Source of the DNA: Eledone cirrhosa
Lineage: Eukaryota
Direction of reading: 5' to 3'
Assembly: GCA_964016885.1 (NCBI GenBank)
Contig: OZ024760.1
Location: 28,954,001-29,018,000, forward strand
Length of the DNA stretch: 64,000 bases
The notes below the pieces were generated by a model that worked only from the letters and a program-made list of their open reading frames with translations, did not search any database and was not told the origin of the DNA. The position numbers and the translations under genes are program-made. Below are positions 35,153-49,306 of this stretch, one piece after another. Numbering within the stretch: the first letter of the stretch is position 1; every line of letters starts with the position of its first letter.

Positions 35153-35182
35153 CATGTATTTTATGTAGTTTATGTATATATA

Positions 35183-35231
<49 letters not shown>

Positions 35232-35779
35232 TATGTATATATTATATGTAGTTTATCTCTCTCTCTCTCTACACACACACACACACACATACACAAACAC
35301 ACATTTGAAATATTTAATTCTTCAGTCTTTTTCTTGTTCTTTACAAATTGATGAACATTTCAGATTTAGAGAATTTAAAAACATTTAAATTAAATTGTCA
35401 TAAAGTTAATTGCTTTTGTAGTCAAATTTAAATGAACTTTACATAATTTAAAACTCTGCCTATACTATATATATTCCACTAAAGCCAGTCTGATATTGAG
35501 TAAAAGCTTCCCCTCCAAGACTCCATTGGGGATTTTCAAATTGATAATTATTTATTATAAATAACATGGCACTAGATTGAGTCGTTTGAAGTATTTCATT
35601 ATAGCTGTATATATAATCTGATTTTAAACCATTTTGATAGCAAACCTTCCTGAATCATTCCACCCCATTTCAAACTCATAGTCGGTGTCTATCATTTGAA
35701 ATATGGTAACCATAGGGTTAAAGTATTTATTTTCATCTGAAATTCTTCCATTATAATTTTATGGAAGAACCTTTGTTAA

Positions 35780-36000
35780 CCCATTAGCATTTAAACCGGC
35801 CATATCCGGACAGAGTTCTCGTAGCTCTTTCTGTTCAAACCAGCATTAACTGGCTACCCATATCTACATTAACGTATTGTTCTCAAAATAAATAGCATCA
35901 AAATCTTGTAGATTCGATATTATGTGAGATAATTATTTAAGATAAAGCCTTTACTGTCAGAATACAATAGTAAATATAGAATAATGTAAATGCTAAAGGG
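35780..36000 (+). mobile_element. TTAA-type (piggyBac-like) MITE, 221 bp
   Basis: TTAA|cccattagcattta ... taaatgctaaaggg|TTAA. Confidence 0.8.
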
Positions 36001-39000
36001 TTAAGTTATATAGAACCTTTGTTAAGTTATATAGAACCTTTGTTAAGTTATAAAGAACCTTTGTTGAGTTATATAGAACCTTTGTTAAGTTATATAGAAC
36101 CTTTGTTGAGTTATATAGAACCTTTGTTAAGTTATATAGAACCTTTGTTGAGTTATATAGAACCTTTGATAAGTTATATAGAACCTTTGTTGAGTTATAT
36201 AGAACCTTTGTTGGGTTATATAGAAATTTGTTGGGTTATATAGAACCTTTGTTAAGTTATATAGAACCTTTGTTGAGTTATATAGAACCTTTAAGTTATA
36301 TAGAACCTTTGTTAATTTATATGGAACCTTTGTTGAGTTATATAGAACCTTTGTTAAGTTATATAGAACCTTTGTTGAGTTATATAGAACCTTTGTTAAG
36401 TTATATAGAACATTTGATGAGTTATATAGAACCTTTGTTGGGTTATATAGAACTTTGTTGGGTTATATAGAACCTTTGTTAAGTTATATAGAACCTTTGT
36501 TAAGTTATATGGAACCTTTGTTAAGTTATATGGAACCTTTGTTAAGTTATATGGAACCTTTGTTAAGTTATATAGAACCTTTGTTGAGTTATATAGAACC
36601 TTTAAGTTATATAGAACCTTTGTTAATTTATATAGAACCTTTGTTAATTTATATAGAACCTTTGTTAAGTTATATAGAACCTTTATTGAGTTATATAGAA
36701 CCTTTGTTAAGTTATATATAACCTTTGTTGGGTTATATAGAACCTTTAAGTTATATAGAACCTTTGTTAAGTTATATACAACCTTTATTGAGTTATATAG
36801 AACCTTTAAGTTATATAGAACCTTTGTTGAGTTATATACAACCTTTGGTAAATTATATAGAACCTTTGTTGGGTTATATAGAACCTTTGTTAAGTTATAT
36901 AGAACCTTTAAGTTATATAGAACCTTTGTTGAGTTATATAGAACATTTAAGTTATATAGAAACTTTGTTGGGTTATATATTACCTTTGTTAAGTTCTATA
37001 GAACCTTTGTTGAGTTATATAGAACCTTTGTTAAGTTATATAGAACCTTTGTTGAGTTATATAGAACCTTTGTTAAGTTATATAGAACCTTTGTTAAGTT
37101 ATATAGAACCTATGTTAAGTTATATAGAACCTTTCTTGAGTTATATAGAACCTTTCTTGAGTTATATAGAACCTTTGTTAAGTTATATAGAACCTTTGTT
37201 GAGTTATATACAACCTTTGTTAAGTTATATAGAACCTTTGTTAAGTTATATAGAACCTTTGTTGAGTTATATAGAACCTTTAAGTTATATAGAACCTTTG
37301 TTAAGTTATATAGAACCTATGTTAAGTTATATAGAACCTTTCTTGAGTTATATAGAACCTTTGTTGAGTTATATAGAACCTTTGTTGAGTTATATAGAAC
37401 CTTTGTTGAGTTATATAGTACCTTTGTTGAGTTATATAGAACCATTGTTGAGTTATATAGAACCTTTGTTGAGTTATATAGAACCTTTGTTGAGTTATAT
37501 AGAACCTTTGTTGAGTTATATATAACCTTTGTTGAGTTATATAGAACCTTTGTTGAGTTATATAGAACCTTTGTTAAGTTATATAGAACCTTTGTTGAGT
37601 TATATAGAACCTTTGTTGAGTTATATAGAACCTTTGTTGAGTTATATAGAACCTTTGTTGAGTTATATAGAACCTTTGTTGAGTTATATAGAACCTTTAA
37701 GTTATATAGAACCTTTGTCAAGTTAAATAGAACCTTTGTTAAGTTATAGAACCTTTAAGTTATATAGAACCTTTGTTAAGTCATATAGAACCTTTGTTAA
37801 GTTATATAGTACCTTTGTTAAGTTATATAGAACCTTTGTTGGGTTATATATAACCTTTAAGTTATATATAACCTTTAAGTTATATAGAACCTTTGTTAAG
37901 TTATATAGAACCTTTGTTGGGTTATATAGTACCTTTGTTAAATTATATAGAACCTTTAAGTTATATAGAACCTTTGTTAAGTTATATAGAACCTTTGTTG
38001 AGTTATATAGAACCTTTGTTGAGTTATATAGAACCTTTAAGTTTTATAGAACCTTTGTTAAGTTATATAGAACCTTTGTTAAGTTATATAGAACCTTTAA
38101 GTTATATAGAACCTTTGTTAAGTTATATAGAACCTTTGTTAAGTTATATAGAACCTTTGTTGAGTTATATAGAACCTTTGTTAAGTTATATAGAACCTTT
38201 GTTAAGTTATATAGAACCTTTGTTAAGTTATATAGAAGCTTTGTTAAGTTCTATAGAACCTTTCTTAAGTTATATAGAACCTTTCTTAAGTTATATAGAA
38301 CCTTTCTTAAGTTATATAGAACCTTTGTTGGGTTATATAGAACCTTTAAGTTATATAGAACCTTTAAGTTATATAGAACCTTTGTTGAGTTATATAGAAC
38401 CTTTGTTGAGTTATATAGAACCTTTGTTGAGTTATATAGAACCTTTGTTGAGTTATATAGAACCTTTGTTGAGTTATATAGAACCTTTGTTGAGTTATAT
38501 AGAACCTTTGTTGAGTTATATAGAACCTTTGTTGAGTTATATAGAACCTTTGTTGAGTTATATAGAACCTTTGTTGAGTTATATAGAACCTTTAAGTTAT
38601 ATAGAACCTTTGTTGAGTTATATAGAACCTTTCTTGAGTTATATAGAACCTTTGTTAAGTTATATAGAACCTTTGTTGGGTTATATAGAACCTTTAAGTT
38701 ATATACAACCTTTGTTAAGTTATATAGAACCTTTGTTGGGTTATATAGTACCTTTGTTAAGTTCTATAGAACCTTTGTTGAGTTATATAGAACCTTTGTT
38801 AAGTTATATAGAACCTTTGTTAAGTTATATAGAACCTTTGTTGAGTTATATAGAACCTTTGTTGGGTTATATAGAACCTTTGTTGGGTTATATAGAACCT
38901 TTGTTAAGTTATATAGAACCTTTAAGTTATATAGAACCTTTGTTGAGTTATATAGAACCTTTAAGTTATATAGAACGTATGTTAAGTTATATAGAACCTA

Positions 39001-42000
39001 TGTTAAGTTATATAGTACCTTTGTTAAGTTATATAGAACATTTGTTGAGTTATATAGAACCTTTGTTAAGTTATATAGAACCTTTGTTAAGTTATATAGA
39101 ACCTTTGTTAAGTTATATAGAACCTTTGTTAAGTTATATAGAACCTTTGTTAAATTTTATAGAACCTTTGTTAAGTTATATAGAACCTTTAAGTTATATA
39201 GAACCTTTGTTAAGTTATATATAACCTTTGTTGGGTTATATAGAACCTTTAAGTTATATAGAACCTTTGTTAAGTTATATAGAACCTTTGATGAGTTATA
39301 TAGAACCTTTGTTAAGTTATATAGAACCTTTGTTAAGTTATATGGAACCTTTGTTAAGTGATATAGAACCTTTGTTGAGTTATATAGAACCTTTGTTGAG
39401 TTATATAGAACCTTTGTTAAGTTATATGGAACCTTTGTTAAGTGATATAGAACCTTTGTTGAGTTATATAGAACCTTTGTTAAGTTATATAGAACCTTTG
39501 TTGAGTTATATATAACCTTTGTTAAGTTATATAGAACCTTTGTTGAGTTATATAGAACCTTTGTTAAGTTATATAGAACCTTTGTTGAGTTATATATAAC
39601 CTTTGTTAAGTTATATATAACCTTTGTTAAGTTATATAGAATCTTTGTTAAGTCATATAGAACCTTTGTTGTGTTATATAGAACCTTTGTTAAGTTATAT
39701 AGAATCTTTGTTGTGTTATATAGAATCTTTGTTGTGTTATATAGAACCTTTGTTAAGTTATATAGAACCTTTGTTGAGTTATATAGAACCTTTGTTAAGT
39801 TATATAGAACCTTTGTTAAGTTATATAGAACCTTTGTTGTGTTATATAGAACCTTTGTCGTGTTATATAGAACCTTTGTTAAGTTATATAGAACCTTTGT
39901 TGAGTTATATATAACCTTTGTTAAGTTATATATAACCTTTGTTGAGTTATATATAACCTTTGTTAAGTTATATAGAACCTTTGTTAAGTTATATAGAACC
40001 TTTGTTGAGTTATATATAACCTTTGTTAAGTTATATATAACCTTTGTTAAGTTATATAGAATCTTTGTTAAGTCATATAGAACCTTTGTTGTGTTATATA
40101 GAACCTTTGTTAAGTTATATAGAACCTTTGTTAATTTATATAGAACCTTTGTTAATTTATATAGAACCTTTGTTAAGTCATATAGAACCTTTATTGAGTT
40201 ATATAGAACCTTTGTTAAGTTATATATAACCTTTGTTGGGTTATATAGAACCTTTAAGTTATATAGAACCTTTGTTAAGTTATATAGAACCTTTGATGAG
40301 TTATATAGAACCTTTGTTAAGTTATATAGAACCTTTGTTAAGTTATATAGAACCTTTATTGAGTTATATAGAACCTTTAAGTTATATAGAACCTTTGTTG
40401 AGTTATATAGAACCTTTGGTAAGTTATATAGAACCTTTGTTGGGTTATATAGAACCTTTGTTAAGTTATATAGAACCTTTGTTAAGTTATATAGAACCTT
40501 TATTGAGTTATATAGAACCTTTGTTGAGTTATATAGAACCTTTGTTGGGTTATATAGTACCTTTGTTAAGTTCTATAGAACCTTTGTTGAGTTATATAGA
40601 ACCTTTGTTAAGTTATATAGAACCTTTGTTAAGTTATATAGAACCTTTATTGAGTTATATAGAACCTTTATTGAGTTATATAGAACCTTTATTGAGTTAT
40701 ATAGAACCTTTGTTGAGTTATATAGAACCTTTGTTAAGATATATAGAACCTTTGTTAAGTTATATAGAACGTTTGTTAAGTTATATAGAACGTTTGTTAA
40801 GTTATATAGAACGTTTGTTAAGTTATATAGAACGTTTGTTAAGTTATATAGAACGTTTGTTAAGTTATATAGAACGTTTGTTAAGTTATATAGAACGTTT
40901 GTTAAGTTATATAGAACGTTTGTTAAGTTATATAGAACCTTTGTTAAGTTATATAGAACCTTTGTTAAGTTATATAGAACCTATGTTAAGTTATATAGAA
41001 CCTTTCTTGAGTTATATAGAACCTTTAAGATATATAGAACCTTTAAGTTATATAGAACCTTTGTCAAGTTAAATAGAACCTTTGTTAAGTTATGGAACCT
41101 TTGTTAAGTTATGGAACCTTTGTTAAGTTATATAGAACCTTTGTTAAGTCATATAGAACCTTTAAGTTAAGTTATATAGTACCTTTGTTAAGTTATATAG
41201 AACCTTTGTTGGGTTATATATAACATTTGTTAAGTTGTATAGAACCTTTGTTAAGTCATATAGAACCTTTGTTGAGTTATATAGAACCTTTGTTAAGTTA
41301 TATAGAATCTTTATTAAGTTATAGAACCTTTAAGTTATATAGAACCTTTGTTGAGTTATATAGAACCTTTAAGTTATATAGAACCTTTGTTAAGTTATAT
41401 AGAACCTTTGTTAAGTCATATAGAACCTTTGTTAAGTCATATAGAACCTTTGTTAAGTTATATAGAACGTTTGTTAAGTTATATAGAACCTTTGTTGGGT
41501 TATATATAACCTTTAAGTTGTATAGAACCTTTGTTAAGTTATATAGAACCTTTGTTGGGTTATATATAACCTTTGTTGGGTTATATATAACCTTTAAGTT
41601 GTATAGAACCTTTGTTAAGTTATATAGAACCGTTGTTGGGTTATATAGAACCTTTGTTGAGTTATATAGAACCTTTGTTGAGTTATATAGAACCTTTGTT
41701 AAGTTATATAGAACCTTTGTTAGAGTTATATAGAACCTTTGTTGAGTTATATAGAACCTTTAAGTTATATAGAACCTTTAAGTTATATAGAACCTTTGTT
41801 GAGTTATATAGAACTTTTAAGTTATATAGAACCTTTGTTAAGTTATATAGAACCTTTGTTAAGTTATATACAACCTTTATTGAGTTATATAGAACCTTTA
41901 AGTTATATACAACCTTTGTTGAGTTATATACAACCTTTGGTAAATTATATAGAACCTTTGTTGGGTTATATAGAACCTTTGTTAAGTTATATAGAACCTT

Positions 42001-45000
42001 TAAGTTATATAGAACCTTTGTTGAGTTATATAGAACATTTAAGTTATATAGAAACTTTGTTGGGTTATATATTACCTTTGTTAAGTTCTATAGAACCTTT
42101 GTTGAGTTATATAGAACCTTTGTTAAGTTATATAGAACCTTTGTTGAGTTATATAGAACCTTTGTTAAGTTATATAGAACCTTTGTTAAGTTATATAGAA
42201 CCTATGTTAAGTTATATAGAACCTTTCTTGAGTTATATAGAACCTTTCTTGAGTTATATAGAACCTTTGTTAAGTTATATAGAACCTTTGTTGAGTTATA
42301 TACAACCTTTGTTAAGTTATATAGAACCTTTGTTAAGTTATATAGAACCTTTGTTGAGTTATATAGAACCTTTAAGTTATATAGAACCTTTGTTAAGTTA
42401 TATAGAACCTATGTTAAGTTATATAGAACCTTTCTTGAGTTATATAGAACCTTTGTTGAGTTATATAGAACCTTTGTTGAGTTATATAGAACCTTTGTTG
42501 AGTTATATAGTACCTTTGTTGAGTTATATAGAACCATTGTTGAGTTATATAGAACCTTTGTTGAGTTATATAGAACCTTTGTTGAGTTATATAGAACCTT
42601 TGTTGAGTTATATATAACCTTTGTTGAGTTATATAGAACCTTTGTTGAGTTATATAGAACCTTTGTTAAGTTATATAGAACCTTTGTTGAGTTATATAGA
42701 ACCTTTGTTGAGTTATATAGAACCTTTGTTGAGTTATATAGAACCTTTGTTGAGTTATATAGAACCTTTGTTGAGTTATATAGAACCTTTGTTGAGTTAT
42801 ATAGAACCTTTAAGTTATATAGAACCTTTGTCAAGTTAAATAGAACCTTTGTTAAGTTATAGAACCTTTAAGTTATATAGAACCTTTGTTAAGTCATATA
42901 GAACCTTTGTTAAGTTATATAGTACCTTTGTTAAGTTATATAGAACCTTTGTTGGGTTATATATAACCTTTAAGTTATATATAACCTTTAAGTTATATAG
43001 AACCTTTGTTAAGTTATATAGAACCTTTGTTGGGTTATATAGTACCTTTGTTAAATTATATAGAACCTTTAAGTTATATAGAACCTTTGTTAAGTTATAT
43101 AGAACCTTTGTTGAGTTATATAGAACCTTTGTTGAGTTATATAGAACCTTTAAGTTTTATAGAACCTTTGTTAAGTTATATAGAACCTTTGTTAAGTTAT
43201 ATAGAACCTTTAAGTTATATAGAACCTTTGTTAAGTTATATAGAACCTTTGTTAAGTTATATAGAACCTTTGTTGAGTTATATAGAACCTTTGTTAAGTT
43301 ATATAGAACCTTTGTTAAGTTATATAGAACCTTTGTTAAGTTATATAGAAGCTTTGTTAAGTTCTATAGAACCTTTCTTAAGTTATATAGAACCTTTCTT
43401 AAGTTATATAGAACCTTTCTTAAGTTATATAGAACCTTTGTTGGGTTATATAGAACCTTTAAGTTATATAGAACCTTTAAGTTATATAGAACCTTTGTTG
43501 AGTTATATAGAACCTTTGTTGAGTTATATAGAACCTTTGTTGAGTTATATAGAACCTTTGTTGAGTTATATAGAACCTTTGTTGAGTTATATAGAACCTT
43601 TGTTGAGTTATATAGAACCTTTGTTGAGTTATATAGAACCTTTGTTGAGTTATATAGAACCTTTGTTGAGTTATATAGAACCTTTAAGTTATATAGAACC
43701 TTTGTTGAGTTATATAGAACCTTTCTTGAGTTATATAGAACCTTTAAGTTATATAGAACCTTTGTTGGGTTATATAGAACCTTTAAGTTATATACAACCT
43801 TTGTTAAGTTATATAGAACCTTTGTTGGGTTATATAGTACCTTTGTTAAGTTCTATAGAACCTTTGTTGAGTTATATAGAACCTTTGTTAAGTTATATAG
43901 AACCTTTGTTAAGTTATATAGAACCTTTGTTGAGTTATATAGAACCTTTGTTGGGTTATATAGAACCTTTGTTGGGTTATATAGAACCTTTGTTAAGTTA
44001 TATAGAACCTTTAAGTTATATAGAACCTTTGTTGAGTTATATAGAACCTTTAAGTTATATAGAACGTATGTTAAGTTATATAGAACCTATGTTAAGTTAT
44101 ATAGTACCTTTGTTAAGTTATATAGAACATTTGTTGAGTTATATAGAACCTTTGTTAAGTTATATAGAACCTTTGTTAAGTTATATAGAACCTTTGTTAA
44201 GTTATATAGAACCTTTGTTAAGTTATATAGAACCTTTGTTAAGTTATATAGAACCTTTGTTAAGTTTTATAGAACCTTTGTTAAGTTATATAGAACCTTT
44301 AAGTTATATAGAACCTTTGTTAAGTTATATAGAACCTTTGTTAAGTTATATAGAACCTTTGTTAAGTTATATAGAACCTTTGTTAAGTTATATAGAACCT
44401 TTGTTAAGTTATATAGAACCTTTGTTAAGTTATATAGAACCTTTGTTAAGTTATATAGAACCTTTGTTAAGTTATATAGAACCTTTGTTATGTTATATAG
44501 AACCTTTGTTGAGTTATATAGAACCTTTAAGTTATATATTACCTTTGTTAAGTTATATAGAACCTTTGTTAAGTTATATATTACCTTTGTTAAGTTCTAT
44601 AGAACCTTTAAGTTATATAGAACCTTTGTTGAGTTATATAGAACCTTTGTTGGGTTATATATTACCTTTATTAAGTCATCTAGAACCTTTAAGTTATATA
44701 GAACCTTTGTTGAGTTATATAGAACCTTTGTTAAGTTATATAGAACCTTTGTTAAGTTATATAGAACCTTTGTTAAGTTATATAGAACCTTTGTTAAGTT
44801 ATATAGAACCTTTGTTAAGTTATATAGAACCTTTGTTAAGTTATATAGAACCTTTGTTAAGTTATATAGAACCTTTGTTAAGTCATATAGAACCTTTGGT
44901 GAGTTATATAGAACCTTTGTTGAGTTATATAGAACCTTTGATGAGTTATATAGAACCTTTGATGAGTTATATAGAACCTTTGATGAGTTATATAGAACCT

Positions 45001-45444
45001 TTGATGAGTTATATAGAACCTTTGTTAAGTTATATAGAACCTTTGTTAAGTCATATAGAACCTTTAAGTTATATAGAACCTTTAAGTTATATAGAACCTT
45101 TGTTGGGTTATATATAACCTTTGTTGAGTTATATAGAACCTTTGTTAAGTTATATATAACCTTTGTTAAGTTATATAGAACCTTTGTTAAGTTATATAGA
45201 ACCTTTGTTAAGTTATATAGAACCTTTGTTAAGTTATATAGAACCTTTGTTAAGTTATATAGAACCTTTAAGTTATATAAAACCTTTAAGTTATATATAA
45301 CCTTTGTTAAGTTATATATAACCTTTGTTAAGTTATATAGAACCTTTGTTAAGTTATATAGAACCTTTGGTGAGTTATATAGAACCTTTGTTGTTATATA
45401 GAACCTTTGTTAAGTTATATAGAACCTTTGTTGAGTTATATAGA
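36001..45444. repeat. 21-bp satellite array, ~9.4 kb, with 18-bp variants
   Basis: Unit ttaagttatatagaacctttg; source of all SYIEPLL and KLYRTFV ORFs. Confidence 0.97.
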
Positions 45445-45485
45445 TAACCGTTACTAGCAAGGAGAGCAAACATTAAATAATGATA

Positions 45486-45575
<90 letters not shown>

Positions 45576-45751
45576 CTATTTATTAGCTCTTAATATCCTG
45601 TAATAGCAGAAACTATCTAAATACAAGAATAAGTTTGTTAATTCAAATGTTTATATATTCATCGCTGTTGGACAGATAATTGTTTTGAAGATGAAAAGAA
45701 CTAAACTTTATCATATTTCAAACTGTGTATACACTTTTCGAGGGGGACACC

Positions 45752-45789
<38 letters not shown>

Positions 45790-45794
<5 letters not shown>

Positions 45795-46152
45795 GTCCCC
45801 CCAAAATGTATACATATTTTGATTACCTGTACAGGTAATATTTATTAGAATGCTCAGCCTTTCTCCCAAAATTAAATGATCTACAGACATAATTCAATTG
45901 TATGTAAACACCCAAAATGTTTATATACCATATTTCCCGGCGCCAAAGACACTTCGTTCTCGAGGTCCCACCCTAATTTTGACAACTAAAAATTTGAAAA
46001 ATAATAATAAACAACCTTCGGCCTCGAGGACCCAACCCATGAGACTTATTTTAGGAAAAAAAGTAGCGTCTTCTACGGCGGGAAATACTGTAATTTATTT
46101 TAGTACATATTTTTGCTGTTGAAGTGTGTATACATTTTTAGGGGACACATTT
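45790..46152. mobile_element. Tc1/mariner-like MITE with a second MITE (45928-46090) nested inside
   Basis: Outer TIRs gtgtccccccaaaatgtatacata / gtgtatacattttaggggacac (same motif at ~21805-21835 and ~45725-45752); inner TA|ccatatttcccg...cgggaaatactg|TA. Confidence 0.65.
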
Positions 46153-46280
46153 TATATATATATACACTGTGTATTTTATAAACATGTGTATAGAGATATA
46201 AACAGTCTATAATTATTTGCGAGTCCCAGTTAATGACATGAGCTTCTTTGTTAAATATATTCTCATTGTTTCTTTTTTAG

Positions 46281-46404
46281 CCACCAACCATTGAAAATGT
46301 TAACGAAAGTCCAGAGATGGAGTTATTTGATGTACAACTTGTGAAGGACACCCGCGGTTTGGGTATCACGATTGTCGGATATGTTGCAGGTGGAGGGGCT
46401 CCAG
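46281..46404 (+). CDS. MPDZ: Coding exon: start of PDZ3 (PPTIENVNESPEMELFDVQLVKDTRGLGITIVGYVAGGGAP)
   Basis: Acceptor tcttttttag|CCA, donor CCAG|gtatgt; 124 nt, phase 0/1. Carboxylate-binding loop GLGITIxGY is typical of MPDZ/PATJ PDZ3. Not in the ORF track. Confidence 0.9.
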
Positions 46405-46554
46405 GTATGTAGCTGTTGTTGTTGTTGTTGTTGTTGCTTACATTATACTCCGTCATGGGGGTCGTAGACTGGTTCTGTGGGGGAGGAGGTGTTGCTCAGG
46501 GAGAGAATGTGAAATGTGAGCAATGAATTGTAGAGGATGGTTTGAGTAGAACTT

Positions 46555-47150
46555 GTGATGGATGTTGTGAAGAGGAATGGAATGAGATGGCAGGGTCATG
46601 TGTTGAGGAAGGATGTGACTAGGTGAGAGGAAGAGAGCCAGTGGTGGATGTTGTGAAGAGAGATAGAGTGAGATGGTTGGGTCATGTGTTGAGGAAGGAT
46701 GTGACTAGGTGAGAGGAAGAGAGCCAGTGGTGGATGTTGTGAAGAGAGATAGAGTGAGATGGTTGGGTCATGTGTTGAGGATGGAAGTGACTAGTTGAGA
46801 GGAAGAGAGCCAGTGGTGGATGTTGAGAAGAGAGAGAGTGTGAGATGGTTAGGTCATGTGTTGAGGAAGGATGTGACTAGGTGAGAGGAAGAGAGCCAGT
46901 GGTGGATGTTGTGAAGAGAGAGAGTGTGAGATGGTTGGATCATGTGTTGAGGATGGAAGTGACTAGGTGAGAGGAAGAGAGCCAGTGGTGGATGTTGTGA
47001 AGAGAGATAGAGTGAGATGGTTGGGTCATGTGTTGAGGATGGAAGTGACTGGGTGAGAGGAAGAGAGCCAGTGGTGGATGTTGTGAAGAGAGATAGAGTG
47101 AGATGGTTGGGTCATGTGTTAAGGAAGGAAGTGACTGGGTGAGAGGAATA
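46555..47150 (+). repeat. 86-bp minisatellite, ~7 copies, derived from LINE coding sequence
   Basis: gagaggaagagagcc recurs at 46625, 46711, 46797 and onward; the unit translates VVDVVKRDRVRWLGHVLR. Confidence 0.85.
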
Positions 47151-47177
47151 GAGCTAATGCCGGATGTTATTAGGGCA

Positions 47178-47767
47178 GTGTATTGGCAGTATCGGTAGAG
47201 CGTCAGGCAATATGCTTTGCAGCAAAGAGTCACGGCTCTTTACATTTTGAGTTCAAATCCCACCGAAGTTAGCTTTGCCTTTCATTCTTACAGGGTTGAT
47301 AAAATAAAGTACCAGTAATGTACTGGATTTCATTTAACCCTTTACCATTTACATTACTCTATATTTACTATTATATTTTGAAGGTAAAGGTTTTACCTCA
47401 CATAATATAGAATCTATGAGATTTTGATATTATTTATTTTGAGAGAGCGGTGGTTTGTCAGTATCAGTAGAGGGTCGAACGCCATGCTTTGCAGCAAAGA
47501 GTAACGGCCCTTTTCGATCTGAGTTCAAATCCCACCAAGGTTAGCTTTGCCTTTCATCCTTACGAGGACAATAAAATAAAGTACCAGTCATGCACTGGGA
47601 TTGATTTAGTCGACTTTCCCCTCTCCCAAAACTGCTGGCCTTGTGCCTATATAAGAAACCATTATTTATTTTGGGAACAATACCTTGACATCAGTATGAG
47701 TGGCAGCTGGTTACAGCCAGTTTGAACAGAAAGATTCTGGCCAGATATGGCCAGTTTAAATGCTAAA
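47178..47767. mobile_element. SINE family A copy, then a TTAA MITE (47335-47767) interrupted by another family A SINE (~47445-47668)
   Basis: The inner SINE is flanked by the duplication attatttattttg. Confidence 0.75.
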
Positions 47768-47804
47768 TTGCTGGCCTTGAGCCTCAACCAGAAACCCTTA
47801 TTCT

Positions 47805-48139
47805 ATCATCATCATCATTTTACGTCCACTTTTCCCTGCTTGCAAGGGTGGGACGGGAACTGATACTGGCTTGATTTCTACAGCTGGATGCCCTTCCTAA
47901 CACCAACCTCATTTACAGTGAGTGCTGGGTGGTTTTTGCCGTGACACCTCCACGACCACTTTGCAGTGGAATGATAGGGACCCCAGTCCCTATCATCTCA
48001 TTTCTACAGCTGAGTAAACTGGAGCAATGTGAAATAAAGTGTCTTGCTCAAGGAAACAACACATCACCCGGTCTGAGAATTGAACTCACAACCTTCCGAT
48101 TGCAAGGCCAATGCTCTAACCACTAAGCCATGTGCCTCC
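47805..48139 (-). mobile_element. SINE family B, full length
   Basis: Reverse complement of 16005-16340. Confidence 0.85.
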
Positions 48140-48262
48140 ATATATATATAATATATATAATATAATATATATAATATAATATATATAATATAATATAAGA
48201 GAGTATTGAAGTTTGCTTGAAGCATTGTGGAATAATAAGATATATTTTCTTTAGGTCGTTTT

Positions 48263-49205
48263 GTAGTAGCAGTAGTAGCAGTAGTAGTAGTAGTAGTAAC
48301 AGCAGTAGTAGTAGTAGCAGCACTAGTAGTAGTAGCAGTAGTAGTAGTAGTAGTAGTAGTAGCAATAGTAGTAGTAGTAGCAGCAGCAGTAGTCTCCTAC
48401 CAGTTCCACTCACCTCTCATGAAATACCTCCACAATTCTTCACATAAAACTGTTTGAAGGACTCAAAGATCTTTCAACTGTTACCACATCTAATAGGTTT
48501 TTTGTGACATTGTTGTTGTTGTGGTGGCTGGGGATTGTGTGGGCTTATGTGTGTGTGTCTGTGTGGTTATGTGTGTGTGTGGTTATGTATGTGTGTGTGT
48601 GTGTAATGTATATGTGTGTGGTTATGTATGTATGTGTGTGTGGTTGTGTGTGTGTGTGTCTGTGTGGTTATGTGTGTGTCTGTGTGGTTCTGTGTGTGTG
48701 TGGTTATGTATGTGTGTGTGGTTATGTGTGTGTGTGTGGTTATGTATGTATGTGTGTGTGGTTGTGTGTGTGTGTGTGTGTGTGGTTATGTATGTGTGTG
48801 TGTGTGTGTGCAAGAGAAAGGGGGTGTATATATATGTGTAAGATAGAGAGAGGTTGTATATGAGAGAAAGAGGGGGTGGTATATATGAGAGAGAGAGGGG
48901 GTATATGTGTTAGAGAGAGAGGGGGTATATGTGTTAGAGAGAGAGAGAGAGGGGGTATATGTGAGAGAGAGAGAGGGGGAGCATATGTGTTAGAGAGAGA
49001 GGGGGTATATGTGAGAGAGAGAGAGGGAGCATATGTGTTAGAGAGAGTGGGGGTATATGTGAGATAGAGAGGGGGTATATGTGAGAGAGAGAGAGGGGGT
49101 ATATATGTTAGAGAGAGAGAGAGGGGTACATGTGTTAGAGAGAGGGTATATATATGAGAGAGAGGGTATATGTGTTAGAGAGGGGTATATGTGAGAGAGA
49201 GAGAG
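48263..49205. repeat. Microsatellite cluster: (TAG/CAG)n, compound (GT)n, compound (GA)n
   Basis: Direct inspection. Confidence 0.85.
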
Positions 49206-49306
49206 ACTAAGATTTAATAACCTCCCTCACCATCAAATGATATTTCTTAAAGTCTGTAACCCCGCCCCCCGTGAACCATGAATTAGGGGTGAGTGGGGGG
49301 GAATAT

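Noticed and set aside
36019-45401. Long SYIEPLL and KLYRTFV repeat ORFs
   Set aside because: Two frames are open only because the unit is 21 or 18 bp; scattered stops and frameshifts show no coding constraint.
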